In this document: positions 50,412 to 59,064 of the stretch, one piece after another
Layout of the letters: each line of letters begins with the position of its first letter
Numbering within the stretch: the first letter of the stretch is position 1
Assembly (NCBI GenBank): GCA_965224705.1
Contig: OZ245056.1
Location: forward strand, 1,472,001 to 1,536,000
Direction: 5' to 3'
DNA from: Spirochaetaceae bacterium
GTDB lineage: Bacteria > Spirochaetota > Spirochaetia > DSM-2461
Length of the DNA stretch: 64,000 nucleotides
Program-made: the position numbers and the translations under genes
The notes under the pieces: generated by a model
Databases searched by the model: none
What the model was told of the DNA's origin: nothing
The model's input: only the letters and a program-made list of their open reading frames with translations

Positions 50412-51380
50412 TTGATAACCATATCCGATGTTGCCCGTCACTGCGGCGTCAATGAATCAACCGTCTCCCGGGTCCTCAACAACAATCCAACGATCAGCCG
50501 GGATACCGCTCAAAAGGTCCGCCGCGCCGTTGAGGAACTTGGCTATACCCCAATCCGGAAGCACAAGAATAGACGGAAATCCGATGAGATCATGCTGGTA
50601 ATGCCGAACACATCCCTCTACACGCTGGGATCCACCGTGAAGGAGATGGCCCTCACCCTCGATGAGCTGAACTACGATATCCGCATTGTCAATCTCCACC
50701 AAAAACGCCGAATTGATCCCGAAACGGCCAGGGAACTCTGCTCAAAGGGGACGGCCGGTATCATTCTCTATGGGTGCATCGTTCCCGAGGAGACGGCCCG
50801 GGTTTTCTACAACAGGAATATGCCGGTGGTTGTCCAGCAGGGTCAGACAAAGCATCTGGTTTCGGTGTGCGTGAACAATTACAACGGAATGAGAGACGCG
50901 GTAAGTTATGTCTTATCCCGGGGGTATGAAAATGTCGGATTCATCGCCTGGGAGCCATTGGATTACAATGTCAGAACCCGATTTGACAGTTTCCGGAATG
51001 TTCTTGAGGAGAGCGGCCTGAGCAGCGGCATGAACGCATTTGGTCAATTGAATCTCGACGGCGGATACCAGGCGACGATGGATCTTCTGGATGCTCATCA
51101 GGTGGATGCCATTGTCTATGCCACAGACATCATGGCGTTCGGCGGTATCAAATACCTGAATGAAGAAGGTATCCACTATCCCAGGGACATAGGCCTGGTG
51201 GGGTTTGACGATTCCTACATGTCCGAGATTCTCGGGCTGTCATCCATGTATCAGCTTCTGGATGAAAACGCCGACCTGGTTATCGAAAATCTTCTCTGGA
51301 TGATAGAGAATCAAACCGTCAGCCCGGCGAAGGAAATACTTCTGACACCGAAGCTGGCGGTGAGGGATTCGCTGCGGTGA
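50412..51380 (+). CDS. LacI family transcriptional regulator
   Basis: TISDVARHCGVNESTVSRVLN, LGYTP, VGFDD. Confidence 0.95.
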   Translation: MITISDVARHCGVNESTVSRVLNNNPTISRDTAQKVRRAVEELGYTPIRKHKNRRKSDEIMLVMPNTSLYTLGSTVKEMALTLDELNYDIRIVNLHQKRRIDPETARELCSKGTAGIILYGCIVPEETARVFYNRNMPVVVQQGQTKHLVSVCVNNYNGMRDAVSYVLSRGYENVGFIAWEPLDYNVRTRFDSFRNVLEESGLSSGMNAFGQLNLDGGYQATMDLLDAHQVDAIVYATDIMAFGGIKYLNEEGIHYPRDIGLVGFDDSYMSEILGLSSMYQLLDENADLVIENLLWMIENQTVSPAKEILLTPKLAVRDSLR

Positions 51381-51384
51381 TAAT

Positions 51385-52131
51385 CTATCCGTCCATGAGT
51401 ATACGCAGCATTTTTTCATGATTATTCAGAAAATACTTCGCAACCGAAAAGTGTTCCGTCTCTTCATATTTCACGACATTTATCTCATCATCACCTAATT
51501 GGTATAATACTGCATCAGGGTATGCCATTATAATAGGCGAGTGAGTGGCGATAATGAACTGCGATCCCTTTGAAACAAGATCATTTATGCGCGTTAACAG
51601 TGCCATTTGCCTGTTAGGAGATAACGCCGCCTCCGGTTCATCCAGAATATAGAGGCCCTGACCACCGAACCTTTTCGTCACAAGAGACCAGAAAGATTCT
51701 CCATGGGACTGCTCATGAAGTGATACACCGCCATAGGAGTTAATAACGGGCGGCCCGAAGGAAAACTCTGCATCAAGCTTTTCTATTTCTGTAGCAACAT
51801 TAAAAAAACTCTCTGCCCGCAAAAAGTAGCCATCTCCCGGTCTTTTAACGCCTCGCGAAAGGCGAAGGTATTTCCAGAGGATTGAATGTGATTCACGAGT
51901 TCCGAATCTGAAATTTTTTGTTCCACCCTCTGGATTGAATCCCCAGGCTACTGCAATCGCTTCCAATAAAGTTGATTTACCATATCCGTTTTCACCAATA
52001 AAAAATGTAACTGCTGGATTCATCTCAAGCGACTCCAGCGATTTAACAGCGTTCAAACAAAAGGGGAATCTGTCAAATGACTCAATTTCATCACGTTTCA
52101 ACTTGACTTCAACCAGGTAGTGGTCTTCCAT
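51385..52131 (-). CDS. Predicted ABC/AAA ATPase (COG3910-like)
   Basis: GENGYGKST, SHGESF, LDEPEAALSP. Confidence 0.85.
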   Translation of the reverse strand: MEDHYLVEVKLKRDEIESFDRFPFCLNAVKSLESLEMNPAVTFFIGENGYGKSTLLEAIAVAWGFNPEGGTKNFRFGTRESHSILWKYLRLSRGVKRPGDGYFLRAESFFNVATEIEKLDAEFSFGPPVINSYGGVSLHEQSHGESFWSLVTKRFGGQGLYILDEPEAALSPNRQMALLTRINDLVSKGSQFIIATHSPIIMAYPDAVLYQLGDDEINVVKYEETEHFSVAKYFLNNHEKMLRILMDG

Positions 52132-52143
52132 TACTATCCTCCC

Positions 52144-52521
52144 CTACGTGTCAAGAAGCATGATCAAGTTTCCGCATGTGTCCTCAAACAGGTTTTGAAT
52201 TTCCCATTGAGGCCTGGCAAGATCATCGCGAAATTTCACACCCCGGGATTCCAGCTTCCTTCTTCCCTCTTCCACACTGTCAACACTGAAGACGATGATT
52301 GGCAATCCAGCAGCATAAACATTTTCCTGGTAAGTCTTTGCAAAAGAATCACCGCGCGGCTCAAGGAGCAGCGAAGTTCCATCCGGCTCCTCCGGGGAGA
52401 CAACAATGGCGAGCTGCGCATCTGGGTCGAACTCTTTGGTTTGGAATCCGAGAACTTCCGTGTAAAATTTGTGCGCTTTGACCGGATCATCAACAAATAC
52501 GCTTGTCAATGCAATTTTCAT
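52144..52521 (-). CDS. VOC/glyoxalase family protein
   Basis: VFVDD..KA..FYTEVLGF...FEDTCGNLI. Confidence 0.9.
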   Translation of the reverse strand: MKIALTSVFVDDPVKAHKFYTEVLGFQTKEFDPDAQLAIVVSPEEPDGTSLLLEPRGDSFAKTYQENVYAAGLPIIVFSVDSVEEGRRKLESRGVKFRDDLARPQWEIQNLFEDTCGNLIMLLDT

Positions 52522-52544
52522 TCTTCCTCCAGGTACACAGAATG

Positions 52545-52559
52545 AAGTCCGACAGGCTC
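52545..52559. repeat. Solo MITE-A/IS1182 end abutting a CTAG that contains the nucleotidase stop codon
   Basis: AAGTCCGACAGGCTC|CTAG. Confidence 0.7.
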
Positions 52560-54557
52560 CTAGTACATAATGCGCCTATCTTCGTTCCGGTCGGTTTCGG
52601 CGATGTTATAGCCTTCTCCCTCAGAGGGATGGAATGCCGCCAGGTATTCCGCCATGGCATCCTGTTCGCCGCCTGTGTAGCTGAAAGAGCTGTTCTTGCC
52701 GGGATCGGCGGCCAGATTTTCATCGGGATAGTCCGTTTCTTCGCCGTAGCCCTTACCTTCGTAGAGGTTCCGTCTTTCTGGATTGCTCAGTTTGTCGTAG
52801 GGGTAGGCATCGCCGCCGCCGGCCAGGAAGTTGAGAGTGACCAGTCGGAATACCCGGTCTTTATCGCCCTGGAGAGCGCCGCCGGAGACAACCGTGTCCC
52901 GCACCGCGCCGCTGCTGTCCAGAATTTCCAGGCTGGTGATGCGGCTGTCCGCTTCTCTGGACACATCAAAGGCCATTCGCATACCGCCGATCTGGGGGAA
53001 TTTGCCGGGAGTTTGGCCTTCGGCTGTTTCCGATATGCCATGTTCCAGAAGCATCACCAGCTCTTCGGCGGTGGCGTTGAGCGTACAAAGGCCGTTGTCA
53101 AAGCGGAGAGTGGCCTTCAGATGACCTTCGGAGATGCCTCCTCCCCTGGGAGCGGAGTATACCGCTTCGGAGTAATCGGTGGAACCCGGGGGAACCACGG
53201 CGGAACCGATTTCGGTTCGGATACCTCCGCCGTTCTTGAGGGAGATATCGACGGGAACATCGGAGAACAGGTTGGCATACCAGAGGTTGGCATCGGTGGA
53301 CAGGTTACCCAGGTTGGTCTCCTGGGTTCTCACCTGGGAACGGCGGCCGTCCAGATAGACTTTGGTGTAACCCACGATGTTGCGGAACTGGGCGTTGATG
53401 ACACTGTTTAGGGCGTCCCTGACGGCGACGAGCTTCTCATCGGGTGTGCCCCCCGCGGCCGCGGTGTTTTCCGGGGTGGAGGCGTAAGCGCCGTTCACTT
53501 CGCTGTCCAGGCTGTCCCGAACGACATACCCGTCCTCGTCGAAGGAAACGACCAGCCGTCCCAGGTATTTGTAGTCGCCATCCACATTGACCACCAGGGT
53601 GGGCATGCCGGCGGCGTCGGTCGTTTCGTAGGGGTAGTCCATGGTGAACGCATCGTCACCGGGGAAGAGGACGTCGGTCTTGTCGCCCATGCGGGTGTTG
53701 GAACCGCCGCCCACGATGATGTCCACGCCGGTGAGCAGTTCGGCCAGAGCCATCTCCACCTGGAGCTGCTGCATGTGGGTCAGAAGAATAATCTTGTTGA
53801 CCCCCATGGCGGTCAGCCTGTCAACTGACTTCTGAATAATCGCCGCCAGGGCGGCGGGGGATTTGTCGGATACGGGATTCACTTTGATGCCGCCCACGCT
53901 GGTTATCGTATCCAGAATGGGGGTGGAGGCCCCCACGAGACCAATTTTCTCGCCATTCACCTCAACAAAGGTGTAGGCGGCCACTTTTCCTTTCAGGTCG
54001 TCGGCGGAAGCCCCGTTTTCGCCCATGAGTTCTTTCGTGTCGTCATCGGTGCTCCAGTCCAGATTCGCGGAGAGGTAGGGGAAGAGGGCACCGGGGAATT
54101 CCACGCCGTCTTTGGATTCAGCTTTGATGGCATCGGCGAATTCGCCGGGACCCGCGTCCAGATCGTGGTTGCCCATGGCGGAAGCCTTGACACCCAGGTA
54201 ATTCATAAAGGCGATGTCCGCGTGTCCCGGTTCGTTGCTTCCGGTGACGGCACGGACGGCGCCCTGTTCAGCGGCGTAGAAGCGGGGCCCCGGAATCAGG
54301 TTGTCTCCGGTGCTGACCACCAGGGTGGATCCGCCGTATTCCGGATGGGCCTTGAAGCCGTTTACCAGGGCTGAAAATTCGTCAACAGCATCCAGGGCGG
54401 TTTCCTCGCTGCCGTCGATATCGGCGAAATGGAGCAGCTGCAGGGTGTAAGCAGCCGGTCCGGCCTTGTAGGAACTGACTTCAGCCCTGGTCTGACAACC
54501 GGCAAGCAGCAGGGCGGCCAGAGCGGCGGTCCAAAGAGACAGGTACCTTGTTTTCAT
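52560..54557 (-). CDS. Lipoprotein 5'-nucleotidase / metallophosphoesterase
   Basis: Lipobox LAGC, LQLLHFAD, GD, MGNHD, NGGGIR, FPQIGG. Confidence 0.9.
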   Translation of the reverse strand: MKTRYLSLWTAALAALLLAGCQTRAEVSSYKAGPAAYTLQLLHFADIDGSEETALDAVDEFSALVNGFKAHPEYGGSTLVVSTGDNLIPGPRFYAAEQGAVRAVTGSNEPGHADIAFMNYLGVKASAMGNHDLDAGPGEFADAIKAESKDGVEFPGALFPYLSANLDWSTDDDTKELMGENGASADDLKGKVAAYTFVEVNGEKIGLVGASTPILDTITSVGGIKVNPVSDKSPAALAAIIQKSVDRLTAMGVNKIILLTHMQQLQVEMALAELLTGVDIIVGGGSNTRMGDKTDVLFPGDDAFTMDYPYETTDAAGMPTLVVNVDGDYKYLGRLVVSFDEDGYVVRDSLDSEVNGAYASTPENTAAAGGTPDEKLVAVRDALNSVINAQFRNIVGYTKVYLDGRRSQVRTQETNLGNLSTDANLWYANLFSDVPVDISLKNGGGIRTEIGSAVVPPGSTDYSEAVYSAPRGGGISEGHLKATLRFDNGLCTLNATAEELVMLLEHGISETAEGQTPGKFPQIGGMRMAFDVSREADSRITSLEILDSSGAVRDTVVSGGALQGDKDRVFRLVTLNFLAGGGDAYPYDKLSNPERRNLYEGKGYGEETDYPDENLAADPGKNSSFSYTGGEQDAMAEYLAAFHPSEGEGYNIAETDRNEDRRIMY

Positions 54558-54701
54558 GATGTTTCCTCCTATCGGAATTATTGATCAATTTCGTTCATAG
54601 TAGGGGAAATTATGCGTCCTGTCAATCCAGTATCCTTTCATGAGCAGGGCGGTCTCCCCGCATTCGATTCCGATTTTTTGCAGAACTCACAGGCCCATAT
54701 T

Positions 54702-54913
54702 AGGGCAATCGCATCTAAAATCCACTTATGAAAGCCTTATTCATGATTCTTAACCGCAGAGGACGCAGAGAGCGCAGAGTGATCAAGGTAATTATTCACA
54801 TCACAACGATAACAAAAAGTTGACAAATTCCTCCTATTGAAGGAAACTCCATTCGTTCCCCCAAAAATTAGTGTTTTTCATTTTTTTGGGATAGAATTAG
54901 ATGCGATTGCCCT
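54702..54913. mobile_element. MITE family B, opposite orientation
   Basis: AGGGCAATCGCATCTAA / TTAGATGCGATTGCCCT; interior matches the reverse complement of 43749-43968. Confidence 0.88.
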
Positions 54914-54964
54914 GGGCCCTATATCCCCTTACATTTCCCCTCCAATTTCAATAGTATACGCTAG

Positions 54965-56569
54965 GAGTTTGTCGGACTTTAAGAGAATGCATAAAACGGT
55001 TACACTCAAAGTCATGTCATCAAAATTCGTCACTGTAGACAGGGAAACGCCCATGCTGTTTCCCCCGGATCTCCGGGAGTGGGTAAAGAAAGACAGTCTG
55101 GCCCATTACATAATAGATGCCGTGGATACCATAAACATACACAGTTTCTCTATTAACCAGAGAGACAGCGGCGATGCCCAATATTCACCGCGAATGATGC
55201 TGTGCCTGCTCATTTATTGTTATGCCACCGGGCGGTTCTCATCGCGCATGATAGAGGAGGCTACCTACAATGATGTGGCCGCACGCTATATATGCGGGGG
55301 AGACCATCATCCGGATCACGATACAATATGCACATTCAGGCGAAAAAATGGGGAGGCCATCAAGGAGGCGTTTGTCAAAGTCCTGATGCTGGCCAAAGAG
55401 ACGGGCATCATGAAGAAAGTGGGCGGCATCAGCATAGACGGGACGAAAATCAAGGCTAATGCAAGCAAACATTCGGCGGTCAGCTACAAGAGAGCGGGGC
55501 AGACGATCCGCCGATTGGAGCGGGAAATCGAAGAATTGATGAAAAAGGCGGAACAAGCCGATAGTACACCGCTGGAAGACGGTTTGACCATTCCTGAAGA
55601 GCTTTCAAGGCGAGAGGAGAGAAAGACGAAACTGAAAGAGGCCCAAAGAATAATAGAAGAAAGGTATGAACAGGAAAAAAAGGATAAAGAGGCAGAATAC
55701 GGGAAGCAGGTGGCGCACCGGGAGGAGATGAAGAAAGTCGGCAAGAAGGTGGGACGCAAGCCTGGGAAGCCCCAGGATGAAGAAGATCACCTTGATGGGA
55801 TGCAGGTGAATTTCACCGATGAAGAGAGCCGAATTATGAAGTGTGGAGGCGGCAATCACTATGAGCAATGCTACAATGCCCAGGCGGGGGTGGACACCGA
55901 GGGAAGCATGCTCATTCTTGGATCCTATATAACTAATCATACCAATGATAAGAAAGAACTTAATCCTGCTATCGATTCGGTTGATGCGGAAATCAGAGAG
56001 ATTGAGAGTGTCTGTGCTGATACAGGGTATTATAGCGAATATGCCGCAAGCACAGCCGAGAACGATGGAAAGGGTCCCAGGATATACTGCGCTGTTGAAA
56101 GAACCAAGCACCACTATGGCATTGAAGATGTTGAGAAAAAGGACGAGAAGGGACTTGATGAAGAGAATTGCACCACACAGGAAATAATGAAGCGCAGGCT
56201 GAAGTCCAAAGAGGGTAGGAAAAAATACAAAAAGAGGAAAGAAACCGTGGAGCCAGTCTTTGGCATAATTAAAGAGGTGATGGGATTTAGAAGTTTTCAC
56301 TTAAGAGGCCTGGAGAAGGTCAATCTGGAATGGCAGCTGGTAAGCCTTGCATACAATTTCAAGCGGATACACAGGATAGCTATGCCCCAAGCAGTGTAAA
56401 AAAGGAGAAAAGAGGTCTTTTTCTTCTGAAACCAGAGCAAAAGGCAACTGTTTTTGCCTGGATTAGGGGCAGCTACAGCCTTGTGCCAGATTTTTTTCAT
56501 AACGAATGAAGAAATGAAGAGAACTGGTTTAGCAGGCGGTTTTATTGAGAGCCTAAGTCCGACAGACTC
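54965..56569 (+). mobile_element. IS1182-family insertion sequence, apparently intact
   Basis: TIR GAGT(T/C)TGTCGGACTT; perfect CTAG target duplication at 54961-54964 and 56570-56573. Confidence 0.95.
55014..56399 (+). CDS. IS1182 transposase
   Basis: LFPPDLREW, SSRMIE, PDHDTI, IDGTKIKANAS, ADTGY, RKETVEPVFGIIK. Confidence 0.95.
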   Translation: MSSKFVTVDRETPMLFPPDLREWVKKDSLAHYIIDAVDTINIHSFSINQRDSGDAQYSPRMMLCLLIYCYATGRFSSRMIEEATYNDVAARYICGGDHHPDHDTICTFRRKNGEAIKEAFVKVLMLAKETGIMKKVGGISIDGTKIKANASKHSAVSYKRAGQTIRRLEREIEELMKKAEQADSTPLEDGLTIPEELSRREERKTKLKEAQRIIEERYEQEKKDKEAEYGKQVAHREEMKKVGKKVGRKPGKPQDEEDHLDGMQVNFTDEESRIMKCGGGNHYEQCYNAQAGVDTEGSMLILGSYITNHTNDKKELNPAIDSVDAEIREIESVCADTGYYSEYAASTAENDGKGPRIYCAVERTKHHYGIEDVEKKDEKGLDEENCTTQEIMKRRLKSKEGRKKYKKRKETVEPVFGIIKEVMGFRSFHLRGLEKVNLEWQLVSLAYNFKRIHRIAMPQAV

Positions 56570-56618
56570 CTAGGTCCCCGCGGGATTTTTCCATTAGAAG
56601 CGTGGGTCCGAGGAGTTC

Positions 56619-56936
56619 CTACTCAGTATATAGGGTCCATCTATAACTGTCGCCATTACTAACAGTCACACTTCTTGAGGCGAACTCACTGTCCCAAGAA
56701 TCTCTCGCCGACATTGAAACAGTATAATCACCAGAACCATTCCATTCGATAGTCCAAGTATCTGAAGTATTGCCACTCATTATCCGACTGTTCCCATCAA
56801 TCGTCACAGTCAGGGCCCATCTAGTCTCATTCTTCACCTCAATTGTTGCCGACTTCTGAAAGAATTCACATCCTGAGAACAAGATCGCTACCATTACTAC
56901 CAACACAAAAAAGCAAAGATTCCGTTTTGATTTCAT
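56619..56936 (-). CDS. Small lipoprotein
   Basis: Lipobox FSGC followed by a beta-rich domain. Confidence 0.7.
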   Translation of the reverse strand: MKSKRNLCFFVLVVMVAILFSGCEFFQKSATIEVKNETRWALTVTIDGNSRIMSGNTSDTWTIEWNGSGDYTVSMSARDSWDSEFASRSVTVSNGDSYRWTLYTE

Positions 56937-56994
56937 CTTCCATTCTCTCCTTGTGCCTAAGATACTTGGTTTAAAAAAAATATCAACAGGGTAC

Positions 56995-58674
56995 TAGACC
57001 GAAGTTTTGCCGAAGAAGTTAGTAATTCGCTATCAAGAAAAGATTTACAAATAAATTCTGTGTTGTTTACTACTTACACCTCCCTGTTCGCATGGGATTG
57101 TACTGTATGTTTAGCAACTCAAATACCTTTGTATGAAAAGGATTTAACTCACTTCCCTGCGAGTAGCAGGGGGCGTTATCCACGGCAGGTCGAATGTCGA
57201 TGATGGCTACAGCCGAAAGAGAATCAATAAGGGATCGAAAGCTCATCACGGGATATCCTTCTTCGTTGACTTTACGTTCTGCTTTGTGATTGCCATGAGG
57301 TGAACGCAAAGCCTTCCTGACAGGTGAGCTTTGCCTGCTCTTGTCTTGATACTCATCCATAAACAGCAGAGGTTTGAGTTTTTCCCTCATAGCAAACTCC
57401 ACGTAATAGGCAAGCAAGCACAGATAAAAGTGCCCTTTCACCCGACCTGCAAGACGATGATGAATGGGACGGGCCTGTAGTCCGGCTATTTTCAAGCCGC
57501 GAAACACCTCCTCCACTCGTTGAAGATTTTTGTAGTTCTCCACACTTTCTGGTGTTTGCATTCTATCGCTTTCCACATTGGTTCGCAGAATATAAATACC
57601 GTCACAGGCCTCTTCCTGTCCGATAGATTCTTCGTTTCGGGAAAACAAAAAGTCATCGTCCCTGATCTCTACATTGAAATGCTTGCCCATTTTATACTTT
57701 CCAATAATTCGGCCATATCGTTCGGCAATCTTCACTTTGCCCCGTAAAGCTCTTTTTTCCCTTCTTGCGGCTTTCTGGATGGCACATAATTTACCTTCAG
57801 CTGCACTCAACAGTTCCCGCCGTTTGTTCCTGCGTTCCTGAGCAAGATAAGGATTGCGGCACACGATAAGCCGTTCTCCGGGAAAGTCTTCGCTGTGTAT
57901 TTCCCATAAATCCGTTTCATTAAAGAGTTCCGGGGTAATACTCCGGGTACTAACCAGCTTCTTGACTGCTGAAGCACTCAAGGCTCCAAGCCATCTTATC
58001 CAGTCTCCATTGTCAAGCATCTCTTCTTTAATGTTTTTGGCTGTAACCATTCCCCGATCACCGACAAACACTATTGCTTTGCCCAGCTTCCTTAACTTTT
58101 CAAGCTGCTCTGCTACGGTAGTGCCGTCACTTCTGTTGCCCTTAAATACTTGAGCTCCAACCGGAACGTCGTATCGATTTGTCATGACACCTAACTCTAT
58201 TTGCCGTTTATCCCTTTTCCCGTCCCGGCTATATCCGCATTCAGCAAGTGAACAGTGAGAACCTTCATCCCAAAAGGAACTCAAGTCGTACAGCAAGATC
58301 GTATCATCCTTGAGAAGAGGTTTCCTTCGTGAACATTTTCTCCGGAGAGATAATTCTTGCCCCCTTAAGGAGAGCATGAAATCCTTCTCTAATTTCAGCA
58401 GACCAATCAGTGAGATTGGCTATTGTTGTAGTCGTGGGTTTTCCATTGACGCGGGTTGATTTTCGAAGGAGCCAACAGCCTGGAGAGTTTCTATTTTTGA
58501 TATACTGGATATACATATGCTGCATTATAGCATGTATTATTTATATGTCAAGCTATTAGTAATATGAAAATCCGTATTACATGCGTACATTTTTCGTCTT
58601 TTTCAGCGGTATATTCTTGTAACTTTTTTCAGAAAAAGAAATTAACTGGATTTTGCGCAAAAAACTTCGGTCTA
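56995..58674 (-). mobile_element. IS1634-family element, defective
   Basis: Inverted ends TAGACCGAAGTTTT / AAAACTTCGGTCTA enclose the transposase remnants. Confidence 0.8.
57070..58516 (-). pseudogene. IS1634 transposase, frameshifted and internally deleted near 58320
   Basis: N-terminus (LLRKS.R.NGK...TIANLT) and core (LYDLSS, GYSRDGK, VGDRGM, YKNLQRVEEVFR, RPIHH) lie in different frames. Confidence 0.85.
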
Positions 58675-58982
58675 ATCTATCCGCCAGCCTTTTAGCTTCC
58701 CTGGGATCAAATCTTTCATAAAGAGAGCCCGTGGAATGGGTGTTGAGGTTATCCATAACAAGATAATTTTTTCAGCATCGGGAAAATCACAATCAACAAG
58801 CTCCTTGATCTCTTCCGCCCATTCAACAATTCTTGTTTTCTTCTCTCTGATATTGGCCTTGCGCCAAGCCCCTAACGGCTGAACAAACAAATACGTTGGC
58901 TGTACCGTTTCTTTCATATTCATAATCATACTTGCCTACCTTTCCTGTCCGTATGGCAAAAGGAACTTTTGTCTCTTTTTTG
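58675..58982 (-). pseudogene. IS630-family transposase fragment
   Basis: YDYEYERNGTAN / FVQPLGAWR...WAEEIKELVD.DFPDAEKI / MDNLNTH across frameshifts. Confidence 0.8.
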
Positions 58983-59064
58983 TCCGTCAACAAGCAGAGT
59001 GTCCATTTGTTTCTGCCTTCAGCGCGGGGGGCTCGCGTCTAGCATCGGAGCGCATCAACAGCTC

